Assembly (NCBI GenBank): GCA_013239625.1 | Contig: MU053216.1 | Location: 1,452,943 to 1,516,942 of the forward strand | Source: Lama guanicoe | Taxonomy: Eukaryota | Direction of reading: 5' to 3' | Length of the DNA stretch: 64,000 bases | In this document: piece by piece, positions 36,236 to 48,379 of the stretch | How positions within the stretch are numbered: position 1 is the stretch's first letter | How the letters are laid out: every line of letters starts with the position of its first letter | Position numbers and translations under genes: made by a program | The notes under the pieces: generated by a model | What the model was told of the DNA's origin: nothing | Seen by the model: the letters and a program-made list of their open reading frames with translations, nothing else | The model's database searches: none

Positions 36236-39200
36236 CCCGCGGGAACGTGGGCAGCCTCGGCGTCACAGCCACCCCGCCTCCGCCGGGATCCCTGCAGTCA
36301 CCGCCCCAACCAGCCCTCCGCTCCTAGTCTCTCTCAGCCCCAGTGTCTCCACTGACATCACAACCTTCACAACGCAAGTCAGGTCTTGTGCAGGATTTTG
36401 ACAACAAAATGTGTTGAGATAGACAAAGAAATGTAATAAGGTCTGTTACAACAGCAAATGATTTTATATTATCAAACTACATGGTACAAAAGGGAGAATG
36501 ACGGTTGTTAGAGTTGAAATGATAAACTGACACTAGGAAGCAGGTTAAGTAGGGAAGAGTGTCATGAGAAGTCCTGCACCCACCCTTTCCCCAAAGGAGT
36601 GCAGGGAGCAGAACACATAACGCGAGCTCAGTAACGTCACTGCATAAATGGGTTAAGCTGTTCAAATACAGTAGAAGCAGCACCGTCTGCAATTTGCTTA
36701 AAATAATCAGAGAGGATCTCATTATTTACTGATTAAAATTCACCTACAAACTTTTCCTTCATTTGATCAAAACCGTATCTGCAGTCTTCCGCAAAATAAA
36801 CTGTTAAGATTCGGGCTTCTGGAATATTTTTAATGTAAGAAAAGATGATTCAAAGCTCTGACACAGACTTCAGATTAAGCAAGCACCCCATCTGCTCTCT
36901 AGGTGCCACAACACTGGTACGTATTTTTTATGGCTCAGTAACTTCATTCCATGCCCATCACTGACTTCTAGCTACCATTTTTAATGAATTTTCCAACATA
37001 CGGTTCTATAACTGACTTCTTTTTATGTGAAAAATTAGAAAGTTTCTAGTGGAGAAAAGACTAAGTCAGTGTGAACAGAATGAAGAGTCTATATGTCATC
37101 TTTAAAGAAGTGATTTTTTTAGTAAATTATTACTTTAAATTTGGGCTAATGTTTTGAACGATTAACTGCAAACCACTTGGCAATAACTTTGAAATATGCT
37201 TTCTACTAGCATTTGCCACATAACAGTGTCTGCAGCAAATGGAGAAAATTTACATCAAAAGAAATGAAACCTTACTTTTTTCTACTCACTTCATATAAAT
37301 TTATACTTTGAAAGACTACTGATGAAAGAATAAATGAAACGTACAAACATAACATTTTTAAAAAAATGTATTCATTTCTTATTACTGAGTCACTCTCTTC
37401 AGGTCTTCTAAATTTTTCACCCCATTTTGAGTACGATTTTTAATCCACTCAACTGTTGCCAACTAAATGTAACCAAGTATCAGCAATATTCAGCTAAACC
37501 ATCCTAGAGTGTGTTAAGACCTGCCCATTCTTAAAAGACAAAAAACAAGTAAGACTCAACACACACTGGATGCACATTTTTCACACCTGCAAATACAAAG
37601 ATCACTCCGCAGAGTGGTGGGAAGGGCAGAGACTTCTGAGTGAGACCTGAGCTGGGCTGCAGGACCCACCACTTGCCAGATGTTTAATCTTGGTAAAATT
37701 AATCTGAGCTAGTTTCCTCATCCGCAAATGAGCACAGAATCTTTCTAGAGGGCTGCTGTGGGAATAAGCGAAGCACTGTGTCTGAAGTTTCGGGCACACC
37801 CCAGGCGTGCCATGCCCTCTGGAGTGGGACAATCAGATCAGAGCTCATCTCCACCCTAACTGACAGTGTGGTAGCGGGAAAGCTGTCCAACCTCCTTCTG
37901 CACTGGTGACCTCGTTTTCTTCAAACGAGGACCACACTGCCTAGATCACAGAGCTGCTGGGAGCCAGAAGGCACGACTTAACGCACAGCGCCCGGCACTG
38001 CGCTCCAGGTAGACGCTAGTCCTTTCTTTTCCTCTCCAAGTGTGCTCTGCGCGTGTTCCTCAGGTGGTCCGCCGTCTAGGAAACTTGCCTGACAGGGATC
38101 CAGCGAGCAGGCCATTTTCTGGTTAGTAATCATTGTGAATCCAGGGCAACGTTCTGACATCTGTACTGTAAGTTTCCTCTCCAGGTTCAGAAGGAAAGAA
38201 AATATTTTTACTATTCTCTCTGCCTTTCATTTTGTACACTGTTTTCCCACACAGATCACTGTCTAAACTTCCCTCTTTCCATCTTTTCTAATACCCAGAT
38301 AGCTCTCATTCCTCCTCTAAATGGGTATTAGCTTCAGTATGCTGCTTCAGTTAAAACCAAAATACACATATTATTTTCACTGCTGACATCAGTCACGCCA
38401 GAAAATAAAAATACACTAACACTAGGTGCTTCCTCCTATGTGTTACTCTACATTTAGTTCCCCCAAAAAATCTGTAAAACTGAAATTATTTCAAGATAAA
38501 TTTTAATTATATTTACTCCTGATGCCAGTGTTGAAACCTTTAACATCCTTCTCCTTCAGTATCAAAGCATGAGAATTCAAAGAAAACCAAAGCTGTCATA
38601 AACACAGAATCATGGTAACATGAAGTTTCCCTCAAAACTAACTCATACAATCTTCTAAACACTGAGATGCACTGTAAACTAACTAAACATGCAGTCCTGA
38701 TACTCATCTGTGTATGTACTCTGCTGTCTGTGCTTAAACAGTAAGAATGGATTAAGCCATTTACCCACATATTTTTACAGGCCTACACCCCCCCCACAAA
38801 AAAAACCTGTATTAGTATCTGGAGAAAAGTCTGTAAATACTAAGGAACTCTTCAATAAATATCTTGCATATACAAAATTCATTACGTAGGGCACAGAAAT
38901 CTTACAAAATGACCCAAGTTATGAGATGCAGTTACCTTCGCAGAGCACATTCACATGGAAAGCTCTCGCACGTTCCCAGGGCTCCCCGACAAGGGCTCCT
39001 CAAGCAACCGCTCAGAAATTACAACGGGAGGCCCTTTTCCTGTTATTTTCCAAAGACTGGGTAATGGAGGGAGCGTTTGCTGCTGCACTAGACAGTTTGT
39101 GTCAACAACACATGCCCTCAAAAAACTCTTCCCTTAGAAAGAAAAGAAGAGAAATCCCACAGTAGGGAGTTTTCGTGTCTCTTAATTCACGAAGCCAAAA

Positions 39201-39805
39201 CGTTTGGAAAAGGGAATACGTCTGAAAACACGAAATGAAAGCAGCACCTGACAGTCAGCAAGCTAAATATCGGTTTTAAATAACTGGTTTAATAGAGCCT
39301 GAAATGTGTCCGGGAGGACACAGGCTGAAAGAATGACAACAAAAATGAACACTGCATTCGGCCGAGGCCGCCGTACAGTCTACGGGCCTGAATCGCAGCC
39401 ATGGCCACAAATGTCAGAATCAGTGTAGCGCCGTGTGCCTTCTCCCGACACGGCGAAACCGACTCCGATTTCTCGGTGGTGTAGTCACAATTACGAGAGG
39501 GAGGAAATGTACGCAGCACAGAGAGGAAAATGCCGCAAATTAAGACACCCGATGTGAAAATATGACAAAATTACTCACCGGGAAAACAAGCAGCACCCAC
39601 TTTCGCTATCCAAGGAGAGAATCGCGGCCACATCCCACCTGCCCCAACCGAGGGCTCCGGGTGTCACACCAGCCCTGCGCTGCCCCCTCCCCGCTTCTGC
39701 GCCCTGCCTCCCACCACGTCCCTGCGCCGAGCGAGGCGACGCGCGTGGACACCCGAGCATCGCCCACGAGACCGGGATGCGCGCGTCCTGCGGGGCACCT
39801 CGTAC

Positions 39806-39944
39806 CTGTCCCGAAGGCCTTGGCCACCAGCCAGGCCAGGTTGCAGGCGACCTTGGCCCTGGAGAAGTCGTAGTGGTCGAAGGGCTTGATGGCCGGCACA
39901 ATGAACGTCCTCCTCGCGTCCCTGGGGTCTGCAGCATCCCCCAT
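39806..39944 (-). CDS. CAMSAP2: CAMSAP2 coding exon 1 (139 bp; MGDAADPRDARRTFIVPAIKPFDHYDFSRAKVACNLAWLVAKAFGT plus first base of E)
   Basis: Translation matches the remembered CAMSAP2 N-terminus (MGDAADPR..TFIVPAIKPFDHYDFSRAK..CNLAWLVAKAFGT). ATG lies in AAGATGG Kozak context. Donor ACAG|GTACGA at 39806/39805, phase 1. Confidence 0.96.
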
Positions 39945-39976
39945 CTTCCACGCGCTCGGGGCGCCCGGGCCGCCCT

Positions 39977-39982
39977 TCACAT
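39977..39982 (-). promoter_or_regulatory. Start-stop uORF (ATG TGA) in the CAMSAP2 leader
   Basis: Minus strand reads GCCGCACC-ATG-TGA-AGGG, ending 32 nt before the main ATG. Confidence 0.6.
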
Positions 39983-40552
39983 GGTGCGGCCGGCCGCGGG
40001 GTGGGGTGCGGGCCGGCCCGGCGCTCAGAGCATCCGCCCGCGCTCGGCGCCCGGAACGTGGCGGCGCCGCGAGCCTCCCGCGAGCGCGCGTGCGAGCGGC
40101 GCCTCCCCTTTGTCTCGGCGCGGCGGCCGGCCGGGCGCGGCGGGGGCGTCCTCAGCGGTCACGTCGCGGGGGCCGTCCCGCCATCGCGCCGCCCGCGGCG
40201 CCGCCCTCCGCTCGGCCGCGCTCCCGGCCCTGCCCTGGGGGAGCCCGGCGGCAGGAGCGCGGGTCCCGCCCGGCGACTCGGGGCTTCGCCGCCCGGCGCA
40301 GCCCGGGCCGCCGCGGGACGGGGCCGCCGACCACGTCAAAGTCCCTGCGGCGCGGGCGCCCCTCCTCGCGCCCGCTCCCCGCCGCCGCCGCCGCCCCGCG
40401 CCTTCCTCCCGCGGACGCGTCGGCCCGGCGCGCGCGCCCCGCCCGACCAGCCCTGCCCCGGCGCTTCCCCTGTGGCCGCCCGCGCGGTCGCCGCCTCAGC
40501 CTCCGCCGCTGCGGTTTTCCGGCTGCGGCACTGGACGGAGCGGCGGCGCGGG

Positions 40553-40633
40553 ACTGCGCATGCGCCCTCCGCAGCCCGCCCCACCCGCCGCCCGCCCGCG
40601 GGGGTCCCGGCGCGCGCGTCGAGCATGCGCAGT
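40553..40633. promoter_or_regulatory. Two NRF1-type motifs (TGCGCATGCGC 40555-40565; GCATGCGCAGT 40623-40633)
   Basis: Direct match to NRF1 consensus YGCGCAYGCGC inside the CpG island. Confidence 0.7.
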
Positions 40634-41036
40634 GGCGGCGGCCGCCCTGCTCGTCACCCCCGGCGCCGCTGGAGTGCACATCCTGGCGTCCCGGCCCGGG
40701 CGTGCGGCGGCGGCTGACCCCGCTGACGGAGGAGGGGACGGGCGGGGTACGGGCCTCGCGGTGGCCCTCGCCCTTCGGCGCACAGGGGTTAGGCCAAGAG
40801 GACCGACGTTTATTAGCGTGCTTGTTGGGTGGCACGCTTTGCTGCCCACCTGACGTGCATAAATAATTCCAGCTAGTCCTCGAAGTAACCCTCAGGGGTG
40901 GGTGTCGTCGCTGGCCGACCACGAAGTTGTGGGGGTGCAGGAAGGGGTTAAATCGCACGTGGGGCCGGACCGGGACCCACACCCGTGCGAATTTCATGAC
41001 CTCGAGATGCGCTTCTCGGCTGGGTGCGTCCACCTC

Positions 41037-41140
41037 GGGGTCCTCTCTCGCGGCAGAGCGCGGGCTGAGCAGGCTCGAGGTCCCGGGCTCCAGCCTCAGT
41101 ACTTCCATTAAGTGAACCCAACTACCTCCCCTCTAAAAAT
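41037..41140 (+). mobile_element. Diverged, GC-shifted copy of the same tRNA-derived SINE inside the CpG island
   Basis: GGCAGAGCGCGGGCTGAGCAGGCTCGAGGTCCCGGGCTCCAGCCTCAGTACTTCCATTAAG...ACTACCTCCCC aligns by eye to the other copies. Confidence 0.7.
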
Positions 41141-41699
41141 TAGGGGGTGGTGATGTCTTCGCTTGGTGAGGGGACACAACCATTCGTGCCCCTAATAAAA
41201 CATGAGCTCCTTCCCGAAGCGAGCCGCGCGTCCCGGCATCGACACACCCTTGCAGACCCCCCACCCCACCCCGCTCTCTCAGAGCCGCTCCGCCTGCTCC
41301 CAAAGGGGCCCCCTCCCCAGATGTCGCGTGCTCGCTCGCTGTGCTCTGCGCCCTCGGCTCGCTCCTGCCCAGCCCGCAAGCCTCCCGCCGTGATCGCTTC
41401 CTCTCGGAAGCCTTCCCTGGCGGCTCTTGACACGCTCCCAGCCACGGCTGTCCTGTCGGGAAGGCGCCTGCCCTGCGGCTCCCGGAGCACCGCGTCCTGG
41501 TCCTGTCGCAGCACCTGCCGTCTCCGCCGGCGCCCGGGCCGCGTGCGTCTTCCCGCTGACGGCGGGGCCTGTGCCCAGCACCCGCGCAGCGCGCAGCTAC
41601 GGCGCGGGGACGGACACTGCGCTAGTTCACTCTTGCTGGCTTATTTAAGTCTAACTCCTCGCAGTGCCTCCGTTCAATACATCCCTAGTTTTAGTTACC

Positions 41700-41840
41700 G
41701 TCCAGTCCTGTGTTACCCTCATTTCACAGATGAAAAAACCGAAAGCTCAGAAAAATGTGAAAACTACCCCGTATCACGCAAGTAGTAAATCAGTTGACCC
41801 AGAATTTGAACCCGGGACTGCGTTACTCCAAAGCCCACGT
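41700..41840 (-). mobile_element. MIR
   Basis: CTCATTTCACAGATGAAAAAACCGAAAGCTCAG...CCAGAATTTGAACCCGGGACTG...ACTCCAAAGCCCACG. Confidence 0.7.
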
Positions 41841-42184
41841 TTCCACTGCGAGGGCCCCTCTGGCTCTGCCTGCCCTTAGGACAGAAGCAGGGCATGGGAG
41901 CATGCGGCTGGGTGGCTCTGGGCCCCACTATCTAGACGCACAGCTCCATGGGCAGGCAGGCCCCTTCGATCCTGTTCGAGCCCTACAAATACCCTCCTTC
42001 CCACCCCGAACCTGGTGGGCTGAGAGAGAGGCCTAGCTAACAGCCTGGGCCAGGAAGAGAATGTGACTGAGAAGAACACACCACAGGGAGGGCGATGCCA
42101 CTTTTCAATAGTTTAATGAATATTAATAAAATATTTCTCATGGCCAAGGCTAGATCATTTAGGGGGTAACAAAAATTAGCATAT

Positions 42185-42360
42185 GGGTAATAGTTTACAA
42201 AGCACATTCATCTGATCGCCTACCTTAATTCTCACATCCAGCCTGTGAAATAGGCATTGTTACCACCTTCCATTCCTAAGTACAGGGCCGAGGGTCACAG
42301 GCATTAAGTTGCATGGCCAAGATTTCATGGTTGATTCATACCGGAGTCTGGCTTCAGAAA
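42185..42360 (-). mobile_element. MIR
   Basis: AGTTTACAAAGCACATTCA...TTAATTCTCACATCCAGCCTGTGAAATAGG...ATTAAGTTGCATGGCCAAG. Confidence 0.55.
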
Positions 42361-42714
42361 CAAGCACAAGTCTTCTGGCTCCACTCCCTGGGCACCTTGC
42401 CCCGGGCCTGTTCCCTCCCCGGATTGTGGGGCTGACCTGCACATAAGTAAGCACAACAAGAAGGAGGTGAGTGCTGTAAGAGAGGTGAGGTGCAGAGGGA
42501 ACACCAGGTGGACGGGTGGGAAGTTCTCTTAGAGACGTCTGTTAAATCTAATGTACTTGAGTTCACCTTCAACCGAATTCTAAAGTGACAAGTCCAATTA
42601 AGGGAAACCTGTAGCCCAGAAAAGTTGAAGGGAGACCCTGAAACATTTCCCCAGTCATCGTAACCATCTGCAAGCCACTGTAAGATTCCCAAGGCCAGAA
42701 ACCACTTCTAACCA

Positions 42715-42790
42715 GCTCTGTCGCGTGTGTGAGATCCAGCACAGTGCCTGGCTCACAGTGGGTGCTGGCTAAATGCTTGTTGAATGTTAC
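42715..42790 (+). mobile_element. L2 3' end
   Basis: CCAGCACAGTGCCTGGCTCACAGTGGGTGCTGGCTAAATGCTTGTTGAATG. Confidence 0.65.
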
Positions 42791-43764
42791 TGAAAACCAT
42801 CTCAATCTAAATAAACACCATGAGGACGAGAAGGAAGCATGGCCAGTTGCTCTGACTTGTCCTTGGATTCAGTGGTGCTGTCTTTAGTGGGGACAGTATA
42901 ACTATGACCCCAGATTGGGGAGGAGTGTGTGCAGGAACGGGAAAAACTGCCTACACAAAGAGCAGCTTTGACTTTCAGGGGGGCGGTGAAACTTGGGGTC
43001 ATCGTAGGAGGCTATTATTAACAGAAAAACAGCCTGAGTACAAAGAAGAAGGATTCACTTTCAGGGCGACAGAGACTCTAATAGGGTGCTCTTTGTGATA
43101 CCTTCAGAATGATCCCTTTGAACAACTGGAAATCTCTGCAGAGAACTGCTGTCAAAAAGAAATCTCTCCACTGCCTTCTTAAGCTGTCTGATTTCGTTAA
43201 AAAAAAAAAAACAAGCAAAACCCAACGATTCTTTGGGCTGCTGTATCCAACTACACAGCCATCTCTCTATGTTTTAATCCCCAGGCTTAGAATCTGTCCA
43301 TCAGGCAATGGTTACACTAATCCTTCCCCTTTCTGTTCTTAAAGTTTACCTCCTCTCTCCTGGAAAACCCAGTGTTGGCCAGACTTCCTTCCTGTGGCCA
43401 TCCTCCATTTCTCTGTCTTTGGTTAGATTCATAAATATATTCATTGATTCATGAGCCAATGTTGATTGAGGACTTGGGTGCTGAGGACGCAATGTTGAAC
43501 AAGACAGCTGAGGAAGCAAATTCTGAGGTGGGAAGACTGAGAGACCTTAGGGTCTGAGCACCCCAATCCTCCTCCACTCTCATGATCCTACCTCCACAGG
43601 CTAGAAGCCTTGGTACATCACCCACAGAAATCTTCAGTGTGTTTCCTTGGAAACAAAGAAATACTAAACCATGGAGCATTACAGTAAAAACACAAGTTAC
43701 TTCTTTAATTGAATGCGTGTATTCATAAGCCGCTGCCCACTTGCAGTCGGCTACACCAATACTT

Positions 43765-43900
43765 CATGCTTACTGAGCACTTCTGCGTGTCCAGCCCTGC
43801 TCCACATATATTAACTGGCTCAACGCTCACCACAGCCCTGTCTTCCTCATTTGACAGATGGAGAAGCCAAGGTTCAGAGGACTTAAGTACATGGTGAAGA
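43765..43900 (-). mobile_element. MIR
   Basis: TTACTGAGCACTTCTGCGTGTCCAG...CTCATTTGACAGATGGAGAAGCCAAGGTTCAGAGG. Confidence 0.6.
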
Positions 43901-46900
43901 CTTTACGTTATTTTAAAACTCAAGGAACTAGAATAAGTGAACTTTGAATCAACCAGGTTAAGAACGACCGGGGTGGGGGTGGGGGGGCACGGGTAGAATG
44001 CTTAACTAACTGATGACAAGATGTTTAGCTGGCTGAACCATAGCAGCATCTGATAAACCAACTTAGGGTGGGAGAGTGTGGGCGGGATACCTGGCACCCC
44101 GTCATTCCAGACACAGTGCGGCTTTCATCTGCATGGCCAGCAGAGTTTTATAAGGATTACCTCATCAACCTTCACAACCATTCCAGCAAGGCCTGTGTGG
44201 TCTGATGCCAAGCCCAGGGCTGGAGCAGTGGAAACCAGGGAGGCCACGAAACTTCCCAGAGTCGCACGGTGAGTCAGTGTCTAAACAGAATGGTGGAGCC
44301 TGGCTCTCAGCTTCCCAGGACTCCCTAAGACATTTTTCCTTTATTTATTTCTGACTCAAACTGAGGTCCCTGAGTCTCCAATAATGGGCAAAGCTTCCAC
44401 CATTTTCAGAATCACTGACGGCAGGTAAGGGGGTTGGAGGGAACAGAAGGAACACTGGGCTGGGAGTGAGGGCCCTGAGGCCCAGTACCGTTCGGCCACG
44501 TGATTTGAGAGAACACAAGTCACTCCTCTGCTCTCTGCTTTCCACTGCTGTACAACCAAGGGGTGGAGTTCGGCAGCCTCGAAGGCACTTCCCATGCCAG
44601 CAGTCGGCAAGGGGAGGGTGACATCTCTATAGTTTACCAGGTCATAACTCAAAGTTAGATCAGTCAGCTAACTGGGGTTCAGGATTTAAATCTTTAAGCA
44701 GAAGTTACTTCTTTATTTCCAGAAAACATTACAACAGGATTGTGTGGAAAGGCCAGGGGAGGTTACAGAGCCGGAAATGAGGTCCTCCAGGGAAGGCAGG
44801 GACCAAACCAAAGCTGGAAGAGCTCTAAGGGGAGGGGCGGAAGCAGCCGCCGGTGGGGAACTGCAGGAGCCCCACCCCTTACGCCATCAAGGTCTAGAGT
44901 CTTAGAGTGTCACCTCGTCCATCATGAAGATTTTGTTTTTTTTATCAAGTGCTTGATGGAAACAATGCACATAACCATCAGTCAAGAAAACTGATCAAAT
45001 AAATTATTCTGTTCACTACAATTGTATGGTGAGATCTCCAGTACATCAGATGGTCAGGCAGAAAGAGGGGTCCCGAGTAGTGGGTTTCAGCGTGGTGTTT
45101 AAAACACATACACACTCATGAGCATCCTGAAAGGATGCACAAGAAAATGCAGGAGTAGGTGAGAGACCTAGTTTTCTCTTTATGTGCTTCGGTAGCTTTC
45201 GATTCGTATGCATATTCACTTATTAAAAATACAAACGAATCAATTTTAAACTCACCTCTTCACTCCTTTCTGGCAATGCGGCTTCGGCTTCCGCCGCACC
45301 ACTAAACCCATGCTCACAAAAGCCCTTCACGAGCTCCTGTCGCGACTGCTGTGGTCCTGCTTCTTTGGCCCCTGTGGCACGTGGTGCTCATGAGTGCCCC
45401 TGCTCTCTCTACTGCCCTTCCAAGCGCCTTTGCTCACCTGCCTAGCAGAGGAGCCAGCACAGCTCAGCCCTGGAGCCTGGCCTTCCTGCACTCCTGCTCT
45501 TGGCATCATGAGGATGTCTTCATGGCTTCAACCTTCTCATCCCAGTACCAGTGACTCCCTAATGAATATCTCAGCTTCTGACTCCCAAATTGTGCTAACC
45601 ACACCATTCTCTGCTTAAAATATATCATCATCTTTAAAGCAGTTTCTCACTTTCTGACCCACAGATTAATGCAGTCATCTTCCTAAACCTGAATTTTATG
45701 ATTTAACAAATATTTGCAACCAGCAAACTTTGATTTCAAACTATGTATCCAATAGTGTCCTGGGCCTTTCATATACTGCATCTTATTTAATTGAATAATA
45801 AAACAGCACATAATAGGGGTAGTAATCATGTTTTACAGCTGGAGAATGGAGGCTCAGAGAGATTTAAGAGAATTCCTCAAGGTTTCATGGGAAGAATAGA
45901 GCTGACACTCAGACTCGTGGCTCCTGAATTCCGGGTCGGGAAACTGCACACCTACGCACCTGCCTGCTGGCCCTGCCCGACTTACTCAGTGTGGTCTCGA
46001 CACTTGCCTTGACTCTGAGGAGCTTCTGCGAAATGGCCCATCGTTGTGTTTGTATTTCCCCAGTACGTATCTAGCCGAATTACTCCCAAGACCTTGAATT
46101 TAATCCTTCCTAAGGCTTATTGGTTTGGATGTTTTTTTAACCTCCCTCCAGAACACCCTCCACCAGACCAACACGAGCTATCAAAACACTCTCATCTTTC
46201 ACATCTGCCTCAGATGCCACCTCTTCCATGAAGCGCTCCCTGCTCTGCCCTGGGCTCCCCTGGTCTGTGCGCCTTAATGGTAGTTTTGTCTTGAACTGTA
46301 ATCACTCTTTCTGTAAGAGAAGAGGCAATTCTGCTTCATAACGTCCCCAGGGCCTAACCCATAACAGGCCACGGGAAGTAGTTGTTGAAGAGAAGAACCG
46401 GCAAACTAATAGCTAACACGTTAACACACATTCTAGGGCCATGAGACAGATCGGTGCAACTTAACCAGCTTTTGTGGGAATTAACAGTGGGAAGCTGATC
46501 TCCTTAACACTATACTGCGTGTTTTCCAGTGGTTCCTAAGTACTAGTCTGTTATGTTTTACTAGAATTTGTACTGAGAAAGTGTAGTAATTTTTTCCATA
46601 AACTAATTTTTTTTTCATCTGAGGGACTTTTTTTATTATATGATTCCCTTTCTGATTTTTTTCTGTTAAAATGTCCTTTCTTGTATGAAGTAACAGTGAC
46701 TACGGATGACGGCTGGGCTTTTACGTGTGCTCACTTGGTGAAATGAAAAGCTGGCGGCCCTACGTCCACTCCTCCCCAAGGGACTTACTCGCTGGCTTGG
46801 GAACCAGCGCCGCTGGTGACATCCCAGCCTGGAGGCCTCTGCTCTAATCAGCTGAGCGGAGTGAATCAGTCCTGATTAGCTTCTTAAACAACCTGGCTCC

Positions 46901-48379
46901 AAATAACATTCAGAAAAACAAAGCAAAACACTGTTATTTTTGTGTATCATATTTGCTATGGAAACAGTTATTACTGTCATTCCAGATATGTTGGCATTTG
47001 AACAAGTCATGGCGTCTGGGCTAAATTCTCCTCCTTTAGTCACTGAAAATGCAAATCCAGTCTTCCTCTAAAGCACTGCTTAGGGGCTGCGCTGAAACTT
47101 TTACGGCCTTCTTTCTAAACAGATTTTGAACTGTCTCTGGATGTAGGAAGTGGCCGTTCCTTTCATTATGACCTATTGACAGCTGGAAAAATGCACTGCC
47201 CCTCTCTCTGATGTTTGATCTTTGGGGTCAGGGAATCCTGGGAAGATTGCGAATATATGATTTTGATTAACAGAAATAAAATAGGGTAGCTTCCTTCCCC
47301 TGGTTTAGTTTCTCATCTGTTCCCCATATTCCTCCTCATTTTCTAGATCAGAGAAATGCAGCTTCCTGTTTAGTTTCTTCTGTTGTTAATTTAAAGGTTC
47401 TGGATAAAACTAGAGGAAGAAAATTACAGCTTGAGGTTGAGAATTTGAAAAGGCAAAAGCCTGTGGCCTCCAAAATGACGTTCTTCATGGGACTTAGATA
47501 ACTCAGAGCATTATTTTTGCTGTGTAAGAAACACTTTGCGTTTAGGTTCTTCCAAATGAAAGGAGTTGAAAAGGAAAAAAAGCAACAAATGGCACAGTGG
47601 GCTAAAAACGTGCCAGGTTCAACCTCCACAATTCCCAGACGCGAGCAACGTCCCTGAAGACAGAAGAAACACATGGCTGCTTTAATTCTTTTCAAATCTA
47701 CTTAAACTTATTTCTTACTGTATCTTCAAATTTTTTTGTTACATTACATTAGTGGACACCATTCAGAATAGTAACAACGATTTGTAAAGAAAACCAGATT
47801 TCGATTTGTAGGTAAATAAAGTTAGAAATGCTGGGAAGCACCTGGACGTGTGCGCATGGTAAGCCGTCCTCTCCCCGCTGGGCTGGCACATCCACATCAG
47901 TGTTCCCGGGGCGTCACTCAAGCACGTCAACACCACGGCATCATTTAACTTTCTACTTCATTTGAAGTGAATTTCATCCTTTACCATCCATGGGCCACTT
48001 AGCCATTTGGTTAACTTTTTAGAGTAAGGGTGAGAGGTGCCGCAGGGATGTGCAGGTGGGGTCGGAAAAAGATGGAGCTACGGTGTGTTCTTAAATCTTC
48101 ATCAGCACTTTTTAAAGTATGTTGTTTTCACTAGGAGGAGGGAAAACAGTACAAACTACCTAAAGATCCCTACATTAGTACTAAAAACAAATTAGAACCT
48201 ATTCTCCTAATTGCAATTGAGTATATATTTTTACCCTTAAAACACAGTTTTTTTCCTCACGGTGAAAGCAATCTGTATTTGCTTCTTTAATTCAGAAAAT
48301 ACAGAAAAGCAAATGGGAAAAACAAACACCTATAATTTCACCACCCGGAGATATGCTGTGTATATCCTTTCATTTATCT

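Larger units (their letters stand above)
23336..39805 (-). other. CAMSAP2: CAMSAP2 intron 1 (GT-AG, 16,470 bp)
   Basis: Bounded by the exon 1 donor and exon 2 acceptor. Confidence 0.9.
39620..41620. promoter_or_regulatory. CAMSAP2: CpG island: CAMSAP2 promoter and 5' UTR
   Basis: Very GC- and CpG-dense stretch over exon 1 and upstream, with GC boxes (e.g. CCCGCCCC ~40575) and NRF1 motifs. The TSS cannot be determined from sequence. Confidence 0.9.

Noticed and set aside
39806..39944. Assignment to CAMSAP1 or CAMSAP3
   Set aside because: MGDAADPR..TFIVPAIKPFDHYDFS and CRAGSLILKSDAAKPLLGHDAV fit CAMSAP2; the paralogues begin MVDAS and MVEAAP as I recall.
39777..41785. Long overlapping ORFs in the CpG island (358, 326, 238, 318 and 212 aa)
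   Set aside because: Low-complexity Ala/Arg/Pro/Gly translations in several frames are expected from stop-poor GC-rich DNA; no recognisable domain.
46527..46810. Possible hAT element with CAGTGGTTCC / GGAACCAGCG ends
   Set aside because: Terminal repeats are imperfect, no TSD was found and the family was not recognised; needs RepeatMasker.
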